Shown here piece after piece: positions 29,602 to 39,878 of a DNA stretch of 64,000 nucleotides (position 1 is the stretch's first letter; the number at the start of each line of letters is the position of its first letter). The position numbers were made by a program, and so were the translations under genes. The stretch covers positions 918,439 through 982,438 of the forward strand of contig OY760907.1 of assembly GCA_963664195.1 (NCBI GenBank), written 5' to 3'. The notes below the pieces were generated by a model. The model was not told the origin of the DNA and made no database searches. It saw only the letters and a program-made list of their open reading frames with translations. The DNA comes from an uncultured candidate division Zixibacteria bacterium. GTDB lineage: Bacteria; Zixibacteria; MSB-5A5; GN15; FEB-12.

Positions 29602-30507
29602 ATGGTAACGTTTCCGATAAGCGGCGTTGAAACATACTGGTGGCTGCCCGTGCTGGTAGCGTTTGTAGTATCCCTGGTTACCTCGACCGGGGGCGTTTCC
29701 GGCGCGTTCATCCTGTTGCCGTATCAGGTGAGCATTCTCGGATTCACCGGTCCCGCAGTGAGTCCCACGAATCTGATTTTCAATATCGTTGCTATTCCCA
29801 GCGGTGTGTGGCGCTACTGGCGCGAGGGGCGAATCGTCTGGCCGCTGGCCTGGCTGATAGTGATAGGCACGCTTCCGGGGATATTCCTGGGCGCGATGAT
29901 TCGCATCAGATTCCTTCCCGATCCTCGCTCGTTCAAGCTGTTTGCGGCGTGTGTTCTGATCTATATCGCCGTCAGAATGATCCATGCGGTGTTTGCACAC
30001 AGCAGCTCGCAATCCAATAACGAGCAGCAAACCTCTAACCGGTTCACAGTCAGCAAGGCCTCGTTCAATTGGCGGGCATTGATATATGATTTTGACGGTC
30101 AATCGTACAGCATCTCCACTTTGCGGATTGTGATCTTGTGTGTGATCGTAGGCGTTGTGGGCGGAACGTACGGCATAGGAGGCGGAGCGATCATCGCACC
30201 GTTCCTCATTTCCATGTTCCGCCTGCCGGTGCATTCGATCGCCGGGGCAACATTGTTCGGGACGTTTGCGACGTCGGTGGCCGGAGTCGCCTTCTACTGG
30301 ATGCTCGGAGGGTACTACTCTGGCAGCGAGATCGAGATAGTCCCCGACTGGCAACTCGGCCTGTTGTTTGGGGTGGGCGGCGCACTCGGTATGTACGTCG
30401 GGGCACGCATCCAGCGGTTCGCACCGGCCAGAGCGATCAAGATATTGTTGGCAGGATGCCTGCTGTTTATCGCGGGTGGCTATGTGATTGGATTTTTCCG
30501 GGGATAA
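29602..30507 (+). CDS. TSUP-family (TauE/SafE-like) membrane permease
   Basis: Eight TM helices with internal 4+4 repeats and Gly-rich motifs (GGGAIIAP). Confidence 0.85.
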   Translation: MVTFPISGVETYWWLPVLVAFVVSLVTSTGGVSGAFILLPYQVSILGFTGPAVSPTNLIFNIVAIPSGVWRYWREGRIVWPLAWLIVIGTLPGIFLGAMIRIRFLPDPRSFKLFAACVLIYIAVRMIHAVFAHSSSQSNNEQQTSNRFTVSKASFNWRALIYDFDGQSYSISTLRIVILCVIVGVVGGTYGIGGGAIIAPFLISMFRLPVHSIAGATLFGTFATSVAGVAFYWMLGGYYSGSEIEIVPDWQLGLLFGVGGALGMYVGARIQRFAPARAIKILLAGCLLFIAGGYVIGFFRG

Positions 30508-30628
30508 GGAAAACCACCAGGGTCAGCCCCTGGAACCCTGACGGTCACGGATGACCCACATAACCGGGGCAAACGACAAGACGGCAGGCTGGGGCAGACT
30601 ATCATCTGCCGCCCACAGAGTCACGAGA

Positions 30629-31195
30629 CTAGTCTTCGGTAACTTCAGAGAACTGAATCTCATCACCCTCAAGCGCCGCCCAGAACATACGCACCTGTAC
30701 TCCGGCGAAGTCTCTCAGAATCAGAGTCGCTGCCGTTTTCAAATCCAGCTTGCCCTTGATCGGCAACTGAATTGTGGGATGGTATCCCTTCATCTTGCTG
30801 TACCAGGTGCAGTCATCGTGATTGATCACAATCACCTGCCGGATACTTCCCTCTTTGAGGAAGAACTTAATCTGCTCCCAGAGGATTTTGAAATTCTTCG
30901 GCAAAAACGACTGCATCCCGAATGCATGAATGCCGCCGCCGACTATCACCGGCGTGTAGTTGCGAACACCCAGCTCATTGGTAACAAAACTGCGAAAGGC
31001 GGTTTGGAATCTCGGATCACCGCAGTGAATCACCAGCGCCTCCGGCTCCTGCTTGTCGATCCGGTATCGGCCCGCACGCGGGTTCGTCGCAGGCACACTA
31101 TACCCACTGATTGGCGCTTCACCTGTTCCCGACCCGTGGCCTGCCCGAGGGGTTTCCCCCTCAAGCAGCTTGATGTTCGTATCATGATCGGCCAT
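30629..31195 (-). CDS. Uncharacterised 188-aa protein coupled to flotillin (HCGD / HDDC motifs)
   Basis: Its ATG lies 4 nt after the flotillin stop. It has conserved-looking 'ALVIHCGDPRF', 'VIVGGGIHAFG' and 'VIVINHDDCTWY' segments. No family could be assigned from memory. Confidence 0.7.
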   Translation of the reverse strand: MADHDTNIKLLEGETPRAGHGSGTGEAPISGYSVPATNPRAGRYRIDKQEPEALVIHCGDPRFQTAFRSFVTNELGVRNYTPVIVGGGIHAFGMQSFLPKNFKILWEQIKFFLKEGSIRQVIVINHDDCTWYSKMKGYHPTIQLPIKGKLDLKTAATLILRDFAGVQVRMFWAALEGDEIQFSEVTED

Positions 31196-31199
31196 GACG

Positions 31200-32801
31200 T
31201 TATTCCTCTGTTGTGGTTGTCGGCTCGGTTTCGACCTTAATGCCGACCTTGTTCAGAAGATCGCCGACATCAATACCGGCCGCCTTGGCCTGTTCCATCA
31301 ATCCGAAGAGCATCATCGGGCCGGTTTTGGTGAAGCGGTTCAGCGCAGAGCTTCCGTCGCCGCTGCCGTTGCCGCCCGAGTCGACCACAACGAGTTTGTC
31401 GATATTGCCCATCGGCGCGGCAATCGCGCCAAAGACAGACGCGAGTGACTCAACCGCCGGCGGTACGGACTTGACGAGTTCGAGAATAAGTGCCTTATCG
31501 TTGAAATTGCTGTACGCGTCGGCGATTTTCAACAAAGCCTCAGCTCGTGCCAGACCCTGCTGACGGATAACCTCTGCCTCGGAAAGACCCTGCTGGCGTA
31601 TGACTGTTGCCTCCGCAAGACCAGTCGCCTCACGTGCGGCCGCCTGACCGGCACCCTCCGCCTCGCGTTTGTGCTGTTCGGCGTCGGCGCGAGCAATCGT
31701 GGCGAACTTGTCACCCTCTGCACGGGCAGTCTGGGCGCTCTTGTACCCCTCGGCTTCCCTGACCTGGGCATCGGCCTTGGCCTTGGCGGGAACGACCACT
31801 GCCGCTTCCTGAGATTTTCTCTCGCGGAGAATGTTCTGTTCTTCCACAGAAATCTGAGCCCGGGAACGTTCCTCTTCGATTTTCACCTCGGCCACGACCA
31901 CTTTCTGTCGCTCGGTTGCGGATGCAAGCGGACCGGCCTGTTCGGTCTTGGCCGACTCGCGAGAGACTTCGGCGTTGTATATCTGCTTGGCGACATCGGC
32001 GTTCTTTGTAGCCTCAGCCTTGAGCTTTTCATTGCTCTGCGCGACAACCTCGGCATCTCGATCAGCATCGGTCGCTTTCTTCTTGGCTTCAGCCTGGGCT
32101 TCCGCCTCACCGATGGCGGCGTCGCGTTTTACCTCGGCAGTTCGTCGCTTACCGAGTGCCTGGATATATCCCTGATCATCGGTAATCGACTGCGGGTTGA
32201 AGACGTCAATCTGCATCCCGAGACGGGAGAGATCTTCGGCAGCTTCGTGAAGCACCTGCTGACGGAAAGCATCGCGATCCTTGATGAGCTGATCGACGGT
32301 AAGCGTGCCGACCACACCCCGGAGGTTGGCTTCAAGCGTCTCGCGAGCAATCGCCTGCACCTGATCCGGGCGCAAGCCCAGAAAGCGCGAACCTGCCGCA
32401 AGCAGCGACTGACCGTCGTCTTTGAATCGGATGTTGGCAACGGCGTCCACTGTGACAAGCACACCATCGGCGTTCGGCATATTTTCGACACGAATCTGCG
32501 GCAGCGAGATTTCCGTAAGATCCAGAAACTGGACCTCTTCGATAACCGGCTTGCGGATACGACCGCCACCGGTGACCACCACGGTTCCGGGCGGGAGTAT
32601 CGTTACCGTCGGAGACCCGGGTTCCGCCTGAACCAGCTTCACCGTCTTCTTCTTGCCGCTGCGAGCACCGTAGAAAAATGCCGCTTTGTTCGGTGGCACG
32701 CGAATGTAGAATGCGGCCAGTGCTCGGACGAGCACAAAAAACGCCACCACGATAGCGATGCCTATGATAGGCCAGGTTAGATATTGTAGAGCATTTGCCA
32801 T
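31200..32801 (-). CDS. Flotillin / SPFH (band-7) family protein, YqiK-like
   Basis: An N-terminal TM segment is followed by an SPFH domain and a long Ala/Glu-rich coiled coil (EA repeats). A GAGGAGGG RBS sits before the MANALQ start. Confidence 0.9.
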   Translation of the reverse strand: MANALQYLTWPIIGIAIVVAFFVLVRALAAFYIRVPPNKAAFFYGARSGKKKTVKLVQAEPGSPTVTILPPGTVVVTGGGRIRKPVIEEVQFLDLTEISLPQIRVENMPNADGVLVTVDAVANIRFKDDGQSLLAAGSRFLGLRPDQVQAIARETLEANLRGVVGTLTVDQLIKDRDAFRQQVLHEAAEDLSRLGMQIDVFNPQSITDDQGYIQALGKRRTAEVKRDAAIGEAEAQAEAKKKATDADRDAEVVAQSNEKLKAEATKNADVAKQIYNAEVSRESAKTEQAGPLASATERQKVVVAEVKIEEERSRAQISVEEQNILRERKSQEAAVVVPAKAKADAQVREAEGYKSAQTARAEGDKFATIARADAEQHKREAEGAGQAAAREATGLAEATVIRQQGLSEAEVIRQQGLARAEALLKIADAYSNFNDKALILELVKSVPPAVESLASVFGAIAAPMGNIDKLVVVDSGGNGSGDGSSALNRFTKTGPMMLFGLMEQAKAAGIDVGDLLNKVGIKVETEPTTTTEE

Positions 32802-32850
32802 TATTGTAACCCTCCTCGGATATAGATAGTAAACTGACTGGTATACAGTG

Positions 32851-33375
32851 TCAATTCGTCGGTTCAACCGTTACCGTGTCGCCGGTCTTGTTGACTATGC
32901 GCACGGGGATATCGCGGCTGACCGACTTGCCGTCCGCCGTACGCGCCCTGTACGTCACTTCACGACCGCGCAAAATGCAGGCCACCTGGCCCAAACCGTT
33001 CTCCGGTATGGCGTCGATCAAGTTGGCCGTGGCTCCGATAATGTCGTTGTCGGTGATCGTCGAGTTGTACTGGCTGGCATAAAACACCTTGAGAATCAGA
33101 TACCCCACGATACCGACCACAAGCGCTCCGCCGATTCCGGCCAGCGATGACTGAAGCATCGACGCCTCGGTCGTGGCGCGCATACCAAAACCGACCGACC
33201 CAAACCCGACCGCCAGCATCGAGACCATCTTCAGGCTGAAGATACTCGGACCGGATGACCCGTCGATATCGTCGATCGCGTCAACATCCGCGTCGGCATC
33301 GGCGTCGCCGCCAAAAATCAGATTAAAAAGCAGGATGACAAAGCCCACCCCAAAAATGCTTGCGAAGATCCACAT
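32851..33375 (-). CDS. NfeD-family membrane protein (flotillin partner, YqiJ-like)
   Basis: It has an N-terminal TM region plus a C-terminal OB-fold-like domain. It lies upstream of flotillin in the same orientation. Confidence 0.8.
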   Translation of the reverse strand: MWIFASIFGVGFVILLFNLIFGGDADADADVDAIDDIDGSSGPSIFSLKMVSMLAVGFGSVGFGMRATTEASMLQSSLAGIGGALVVGIVGYLILKVFYASQYNSTITDNDIIGATANLIDAIPENGLGQVACILRGREVTYRARTADGKSVSRDIPVRIVNKTGDTVTVEPTN

Positions 33376-33633
33376 AGGTTATCTCCCTTCACCACGCAAC
33401 TTGTGCCGTCCAATAGCAAGTACCCACCAAGCGTCGACATATTCGATCATTCTCGGTCGATTTTCTGCGTTTCTATGAGTCCCGCGATCACAGCAACTCG
33501 TACTGACTTCGTAGACCTGTAGGGCCGCAATGTCGTGCCCCGGCTGTAATCTACGATTATATAGCAGGAAGCGGCGCCCGCTGTCAAGATAACAGCAGAC
33601 GCCGCTTGCGAATTGTGAAGTCTAGGTTTGACT

Positions 33634-36600
33634 CTATTCAGTCGACAGGTCGGCGGCAAACCATTTGTATATCGCCGGTATTACCAGCAGGGTCAAGATG
33701 GTTGAGGTCACCAATCCCCCGACCACGACTGTCGCCAGCGGACGCTGGACGTCGCTGCCGATTCCAAGCGAGAACAGTAGTGGGATCAGGCCCAGAGCGG
33801 TGGTCAGGGCGGTCATAAGCACCGGTCTCAGGCGCATTGCCGCACCACGGATAGAGGCCTCGTCGACAGTCAACCCTCTGTGCATGAGCTGGTTGATGTA
33901 GGTCACCAGCACCATGCCGTTCTCCAACGCAATGCCAAACAGGGCTATGAATCCGACCGAGGCCGGTACCGACAGATTCTGTCCGGTTATCCAGAGAGCA
34001 ACCACACCGCCTACCAGCGCCAGCGGGATGTTCAGCAGAATCAGCAGCGAGTTCTTCAACGATTCAAAACTCAAGTACAGCAACAGAAAAACAAGCAACA
34101 GCGTAATCGGTACCACGACCGTCATGCGACGGTTGGCTTCCTGCTGAAGCTGGAACTGGCCGCCCCAGGCCACAAAATACCCGGCAGGCATATCGACGGA
34201 CACATCGACCACACGACGGGCTTCCTCGACGAAAGAACCGATATCGCGATCCGCCACGTTGCACTGAATCGTTACAAAGCGCTGGTTTTGCTCGCGGGTG
34301 ATCTGACGCGGACCGACGATTTCCTCTATTGTCGCCAGTTCCTTGAGAGGCACCCGCGCACCCGACGGCGATTGAACAAGGATATTGCCGATTGCCTCGG
34401 GTGTGTTGCGATAGGCCTCAGCATAGCGGACCTGGATGTCGTATCGGCGAACCCCCTCGAACATCTGCCCGGCCGATTGTCCGCCCACCGCGGCACCGAT
34501 GACCGATTGGACATCTTCCATATTGATCCCGTAACGAGCAATCATCTGGCGATCGATCTTGATCAACAATTGTGGACTGCCTGTTACCTGGTCAGCCTGA
34601 ACATCGACCGCTCCCCTGACACCCCTAATGGCCGCGACCACCTCATCGGCCGTAGCCTCGAGTTGATCGAGATCCTCACCGAACAGTTTGATAGCCAACT
34701 CGGCTCGAACCCCGTGCAGGAGTTCATCAACCGTCATTTTTATCGGCTGCGTGAAGTTGGTGAGTACGCCGGGCACGTCACCGAGTTGCTCACGGATGTA
34801 GTTGGTCAGCTCCTCCTGGGAGTTGGCGTGTGTCCATTCATCGCGCGGTTTGAGCGATATAAACGTCTCGACGCTGTTCACCGGGTGCGAGTGCGCTCCG
34901 ACCTCTCCCCTTCCAATACGTGACACCACCTGTGTAATCTCATCGATCCCGATCAAGCGTCGTTCCACGATCATCGTCATGCGCTTGCTTTCCTCGATAG
35001 ATATCGAGGGAGCCATTGCGAGACGGAGCGCGATCATTCCCTCTTGGAGAGTGGGGGTGAATTCAGAACCCAGTCTCGGGTAGACCGCCGCCCCGGCCAC
35101 AAGAAGAACAGTAGCGAGGATCAGCGCAGCCAGGCGACGAGAAACAAAAAACTGCACGAGGGGGCGGTACGGCTTGAGCAGCAGCCTTGTGATGCCGCTT
35201 TCAGATGCCCGTGCCTTCGTTTTCTTCTTGCCGCGCCTCATAAGGTACGAAGACAACACCGGTGCAACAAATACGGCATAGACCAGTGATCCCAACATAG
35301 CCAGCGAGACCGTGTAGGCCAGCGGGCGGAAGGTCTTTCCTTCGACACCCTGCAATGTGAAAAGCGGTAGGAAAACAATAATGATAATCGAAATCGCAAA
35401 CAGAATCGGTCGACCGACCTCCGAGCAGGCTTGCTCCACGATACGGAGACGAGATTCCGACTGTTCGGCTCGTCGCAGCTTCCGGTCGACGTTCTCGACA
35501 ATCACAATCGTGCCATCGACAAGCATGCCAATCGCAATTGCCAGCCCTCCTAACGACATCAGGTTGGCAGAGATGTCAAACTGCCGCATCCAGATTGAGG
35601 CAAACAGGATCGAGAACGGAATGGATATCGCCACGACAAGACTCGGACGAAATCCGCCCAGGAACAAAACGATAATGACCACGACCAGGATGATACCCTG
35701 TATGAGCGCCGTGCGAACCGTGTCGACGCAGGCTTCAACCAGCGACTTCTGCTCATAGTAGGGAACGATCTGGACGCCCTCGGGCATGATCTTGTTGATC
35801 TCGGCCAGTTTCTCCTCGACCTGTCCGATGACCGTCGAGGAGTTAGTGCCAAGCAGTTTTACGACCATGCCCGCGACAACTTCCTCTACACCGTCACGGG
35901 TTTGTAATCCTCGGCGAATCGCCCCGCCGACTTCCACGTCGGCAAGCTGCTTGAGGAAAACCGGCGTACCGTCTTCTGCCTTGATAACGACATTCTCAAT
36001 GTCGTCGATAGTCGAGGCAAGTCCGACCGAGCGGACCACCAGTTCCTCGGAATTGCGCGTGATAAACTGCGCGCCGACATTGAGATTGTTGGCTTTGATC
36101 TTCTCAATAACTTCGGCGAGTGAAACATCGTACTGCAACAGGTTGTCCGGCAGCACCACGACATCGTATTGCTTTTCGAACCCACCCACACCGAGAACTT
36201 CGGTTACGCCCGGGACGCTTTGCAGGTGGAATTTCACGATCCAATCCTGGATAGCGCGCAACTCCGCAAGGCTCCTTGTTCCGGTCTCGTCCTCCAGATA
36301 GTAGAACATGACCAGCCCCATTCCGGTAGTTATCGGCCCCATCATCGGTTCGCCAAATCCTTCGGGGATTTCCTCGCGGGCTTCCCGGAGACGTTCGTCT
36401 ACAAGACGACGCGCAAAGTAGATGTCCATGTCGTCCTCGAAATAGAGGCTGAGCACAGACAAACCAAAATTGGACACGGATCGGATTTTGGTGATCCCCG
36501 GCAGACCGTTCATCGCCGACTCAATGGGATACGTCACGTACTTCTCAATCTCTTCCGGCGCGAGCCCCTCGGTCACGGTATACACTTGCACGAGGTTGGG

Positions 36601-36729
36601 CGACACGTCGGGGAAGGCATCCACCGGGAGATTGGTATAGCTGTAATATCCGCCCGCCAGAACCATCACGCCGATCACAAGGATCAGTAGTCGGTTCTTC
36701 AGCGCGAATTTCATGCTGTCTTCTAACAT
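33634..36729 (-). CDS. czcA: CusA/CzcA-family heavy-metal efflux RND permease
   Basis: It is about 1030 aa with 12 TM segments and large periplasmic loops, the typical HME-RND architecture. The start was chosen at the first ATG (MLEDS…). The longer ORF starts TTG and overlaps the czcB stop. Confidence 0.9.
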   Translation of the reverse strand: MLEDSMKFALKNRLLILVIGVMVLAGGYYSYTNLPVDAFPDVSPNLVQVYTVTEGLAPEEIEKYVTYPIESAMNGLPGITKIRSVSNFGLSVLSLYFEDDMDIYFARRLVDERLREAREEIPEGFGEPMMGPITTGMGLVMFYYLEDETGTRSLAELRAIQDWIVKFHLQSVPGVTEVLGVGGFEKQYDVVVLPDNLLQYDVSLAEVIEKIKANNLNVGAQFITRNSEELVVRSVGLASTIDDIENVVIKAEDGTPVFLKQLADVEVGGAIRRGLQTRDGVEEVVAGMVVKLLGTNSSTVIGQVEEKLAEINKIMPEGVQIVPYYEQKSLVEACVDTVRTALIQGIILVVVIIVLFLGGFRPSLVVAISIPFSILFASIWMRQFDISANLMSLGGLAIAIGMLVDGTIVIVENVDRKLRRAEQSESRLRIVEQACSEVGRPILFAISIIIIVFLPLFTLQGVEGKTFRPLAYTVSLAMLGSLVYAVFVAPVLSSYLMRRGKKKTKARASESGITRLLLKPYRPLVQFFVSRRLAALILATVLLVAGAAVYPRLGSEFTPTLQEGMIALRLAMAPSISIEESKRMTMIVERRLIGIDEITQVVSRIGRGEVGAHSHPVNSVETFISLKPRDEWTHANSQEELTNYIREQLGDVPGVLTNFTQPIKMTVDELLHGVRAELAIKLFGEDLDQLEATADEVVAAIRGVRGAVDVQADQVTGSPQLLIKIDRQMIARYGINMEDVQSVIGAAVGGQSAGQMFEGVRRYDIQVRYAEAYRNTPEAIGNILVQSPSGARVPLKELATIEEIVGPRQITREQNQRFVTIQCNVADRDIGSFVEEARRVVDVSVDMPAGYFVAWGGQFQLQQEANRRMTVVVPITLLLVFLLLYLSFESLKNSLLILLNIPLALVGGVVALWITGQNLSVPASVGFIALFGIALENGMVLVTYINQLMHRGLTVDEASIRGAAMRLRPVLMTALTTALGLIPLLFSLGIGSDVQRPLATVVVGGLVTSTILTLLVIPAIYKWFAADLSTE

Positions 36730-36746
36730 ACTATTCGATCCCCGAC

Positions 36747-37781
36747 TCAATGGTTATGGCCGTCGTCAAAGCCGCTCTTGAGAAGCTGCGCTTTAAGCAC
36801 AAAACCGCCTTTGCTCACATATTCCTCGCCTGGCTGCAAACCGGAAAGGACCTCTGCCCTATCAGTGTTGTGCCTGCCAAGCTTGACATCGCGGGCTTCG
36901 AAACCGTGGTCGTCGCGAACGAATACAATCTGCTCGTTGTGGAGGATCTGAATGGCCTCAAGCGGGATTGCCAGCTCAACGCTGTCTTCCTGCACGGCGA
37001 TACGACCGGTCACGAACTGTCCGGGACGCCATTTGCCGTTCCTGTTGGAGATCACCACTCGTGCCGTTGCGGTGCGCGTGTGTTCATCGACGATCGGCGA
37101 GACATAAGAAATCGTGCCCTCGCACATGCCCTCCCTTTCGCCGCAGGTAACGATCACCGGCTGACCTGCGCGCACATCGGCAAGGTGCATCTGGTTGATG
37201 TTTAGATTCACCCACACGGAATCGAGATCCGCAATCACAAAGGCCGGCTCCTGCGCATCGGAGCGCACTTCGCCCATAGTCAAGTGTTTGTCGATAATAG
37301 TCCCGCTGATCAGAGATTTGATCTCGTAGGAGGTGAGAGACTCGTTACTCTCTATGACAGCGAGAACATCGCCGATTTCCACGTGATCTCCGACCGCCCT
37401 ACGGACGCTCTTGACAACGCCCGGAAAACGCGGGACGATATGTGCGATGCGATCACCGTGGACAGCAACCTCACCGGGAACGGTGATCTCGGTGTTCAGG
37501 CTGCCGGGACCGGCACGGTCAACTAACACCCCGAATTCGGCAATCTCTGCTTCGGTAAGCTCAACCGCCCCGTGCCCCTCGTGTTCGTCACCGGAAGTAG
37601 CCGCATGGTTATGTCCTTCGTGATTATCTTCCTGAGTCGCAGATGCCGCCTGATGGCTTTCTCCGCTCCGATGACCATGTCCTTCGTGAGCATCGTCTTC
37701 AGATGCAATCGCCGAGATAAGAACAAACGGCAAAGCCACCAGGGTCAGCGTCAACATATATAGTAGACAGTTTTTCTGCAT
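36747..37781 (-). CDS. czcB: RND efflux membrane-fusion (adaptor) protein with a His-rich N-terminal metal-binding region
   Basis: A signal peptide is followed by 'HEGHGHRSGESH…HEGHNH…HEGHG', then biotinyl-lipoyl and beta-barrel MFP domains. Confidence 0.85.
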   Translation of the reverse strand: MQKNCLLYMLTLTLVALPFVLISAIASEDDAHEGHGHRSGESHQAASATQEDNHEGHNHAATSGDEHEGHGAVELTEAEIAEFGVLVDRAGPGSLNTEITVPGEVAVHGDRIAHIVPRFPGVVKSVRRAVGDHVEIGDVLAVIESNESLTSYEIKSLISGTIIDKHLTMGEVRSDAQEPAFVIADLDSVWVNLNINQMHLADVRAGQPVIVTCGEREGMCEGTISYVSPIVDEHTRTATARVVISNRNGKWRPGQFVTGRIAVQEDSVELAIPLEAIQILHNEQIVFVRDDHGFEARDVKLGRHNTDRAEVLSGLQPGEEYVSKGGFVLKAQLLKSGFDDGHNH

Positions 37782-37783
37782 CG

Positions 37784-39115
37784 TTACGGTTCCTGTGAAA
37801 TGGATTCTTTGTCAAACGTGATGCCCATCGTTGTTTCAAGCGTCATGATCTCCTCTGCAATCTCAAGCTCGAGATCGTTGAGTTCCGATCGAATATCTAT
37901 CAACCTGTGTTGAGCTTCGAGAAAGTCTGCGTACGGAAGACGACCGGCCTCATAGGCAGATCTCAGCGTCTCGAACGTAGATTCTGCTTTCGGCAACACG
38001 CGGTTGTCAATGGCGTCGCGTCGCCTCATCAGTTGGGCTGCCCGACCATGCATCGCGGCAAGCTCGGTACGGACATCAACCTCGGCCTGTTGCCGCTCGT
38101 AATCCAAGGCCAGAGATTTCGCTTCGAACGCGGCCATACCACCCTGATTGCTATTGAACAACGGCAGCGGCATCGACAGCCCGAACCGGAACGTATTGGT
38201 ATTCTCCGCCTCGTTCCGTTTGAAACCACCTGCGAAGGTCAGGTTCGGTCTCGATTCCGACCTGGCTTCCCGTAGACCGGCTTTGATTTCCGCAGACGTG
38301 TGATCAAGATCAACCAATGGCCGACAACCTCCTGCGGCGATCATAAGAGCATCCAATGCCGGGATGCTGTTGTGGAATCCCCCTTGCACCACCAGTCCCT
38401 CACCATCGTCATTCCAGAGAGCGGCGAGCTGTCTGCGGGCATTCTCAAGTTCGGCCAGAGCCGACTCCAGATCCAGGGCAGACTGCTCCGCTTCGAGTTC
38501 AGCCAGCAGTAATTCCGAGGTCATGGTAGCTCCCTTCTCCACGCGCCGCTCAATCGTCTCCACGATCTCCAGCGCGAGACTACCCGACTGTCGTGTCAGG
38601 GCTGCGTTCCGCTGGGCATGCAGGAGAGCATGAAATCGATAGTGCGCTGCGGCATACAGATCAAATCGCTCGACACTGGTTTCCCAAATGCGACGCTCAA
38701 GAGCCTTCCCGGCGACGTTCTTGCGAGCGCCTCGCTTCCCCCACAGATCGAACTCCTGCGAGAGCGAAAAGACAAATTCGGCGTTACTGAATCCCGGGTT
38801 GTCGCCACCGACGTTTTCGGCCTCGATTTCAAACTCAGGGTTGGGTCTTGTGCCGACCTGGTCGACCAAAGACTCGGCCGCCCGGCGGCGCTCGGTCCCG
38901 GCAAGCAGCCTGCGATTGTTCTGTGCCACAAGGCCCAGCACCGCTTCCAATGTCAGCGCCTCACCCTCCGTAGCCTCGGGTTCGGGGGCTACGGTAAGCG
39001 GGTCGCTCCATTGCCTGTTCATGTCCTGTCCGGTCACCGGGCACCATACTGCCAACACGAGCAGCAGGCAGATTATTCCCGTGGCCGGGTGCAGGTCTCT
39101 TCCAGTCATATACAT
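37784..39115 (-). CDS. czcC: TolC-family outer-membrane efflux protein (CzcC/CusC-like)
   Basis: A signal peptide followed by two OEP repeats. Confidence 0.85.
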   Translation of the reverse strand: MYMTGRDLHPATGIICLLLVLAVWCPVTGQDMNRQWSDPLTVAPEPEATEGEALTLEAVLGLVAQNNRRLLAGTERRRAAESLVDQVGTRPNPEFEIEAENVGGDNPGFSNAEFVFSLSQEFDLWGKRGARKNVAGKALERRIWETSVERFDLYAAAHYRFHALLHAQRNAALTRQSGSLALEIVETIERRVEKGATMTSELLLAELEAEQSALDLESALAELENARRQLAALWNDDGEGLVVQGGFHNSIPALDALMIAAGGCRPLVDLDHTSAEIKAGLREARSESRPNLTFAGGFKRNEAENTNTFRFGLSMPLPLFNSNQGGMAAFEAKSLALDYERQQAEVDVRTELAAMHGRAAQLMRRRDAIDNRVLPKAESTFETLRSAYEAGRLPYADFLEAQHRLIDIRSELNDLELEIAEEIMTLETTMGITFDKESISQEP

Positions 39116-39260
39116 ATCCTTGCCTCAAGGGCAGATTATCAGTCATCGTAAACAGTCGAAGATTGGCATACGCCCAGCTTCGACATCGTCTTATTGAGAT
39201 TGAAAACAGATACGCCGCGTTGCCACGATCAATATGGCAAGGGCAATTGAAGATCAGAGA

Positions 39261-39686
39261 TCAGCAGAGCAAGACAGTTGGTGCCAACGGAAAAGTCAGC
39301 ACCTGATTCGGTGGTTCCGTCGAGATCGCCTGCCAGCCATCGGGGATGGAAGCAGTCAAGTCAACAAGTCCAGCCGTTCGCAATACGCCGGCATGGTAAT
39401 GATCAAATCCGGTCGCCTGAGTACGACGGTGTCTGAGGCATTCATCCGGCAGATCGACATCGTTGCAGGCACCACAACAGTCGACGTTTTCAGCCAGCCC
39501 AGCGTTCCCGGTGCAGGCGAACTCTTCATGATGATCGTGAGAGGCAGCTCGAGGGAGGCTATCGACGACAACATGGCCGCGCTCGCCGAAACAGACAAAA
39601 AACACCTGTGGCTGGACAGCCGAGATTGTGACTGCGATCAGCAATGGCAGACATAGAAACAGGCGGCTGGCAAAAGAATACTTCAT
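39261..39686 (-). CDS. Hypothetical His/Cys-containing protein upstream of czcC; strand is ambiguous
   Basis: This 141-aa ORF is co-directional with czcCBA and has a hydrophobic N-terminus. An antisense 140-aa ORF (39234..39656, +) of equal length also exists. Neither was recognised. Confidence 0.3.
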   Translation of the reverse strand: MKYSFASRLFLCLPLLIAVTISAVQPQVFFVCFGERGHVVVDSLPRAASHDHHEEFACTGNAGLAENVDCCGACNDVDLPDECLRHRRTQATGFDHYHAGVLRTAGLVDLTASIPDGWQAISTEPPNQVLTFPLAPTVLLC

Positions 39687-39878
39687 TGATCGTCAATATA
39701 CTTGTCTTCGGCCAACCAGTCAAGGCTCAACATACCTCAATGGCACGCATGGGGTTCCGGTAGTGCTGCCATTCTCAAATGATAATTTCGTTCGTCTCCG
39801 CCTGAGAACCGTCTATATTGTCGAATAATCCAACTGGCTGTCAGTATGTTGAGGTAAATAGCAGGAGATAAACCGCCG

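Noticed and set aside
29320-30354. 344-aa minus-strand ORF
   Set aside because: It is antisense to the TSUP permease gene, which has clear TM helices and internal repeats.
31671-32780. 369-aa plus-strand ORF
   Set aside because: It is antisense to the flotillin gene.
33880-34923. 347-aa plus-strand ORF
   Set aside because: It is antisense to czcA.
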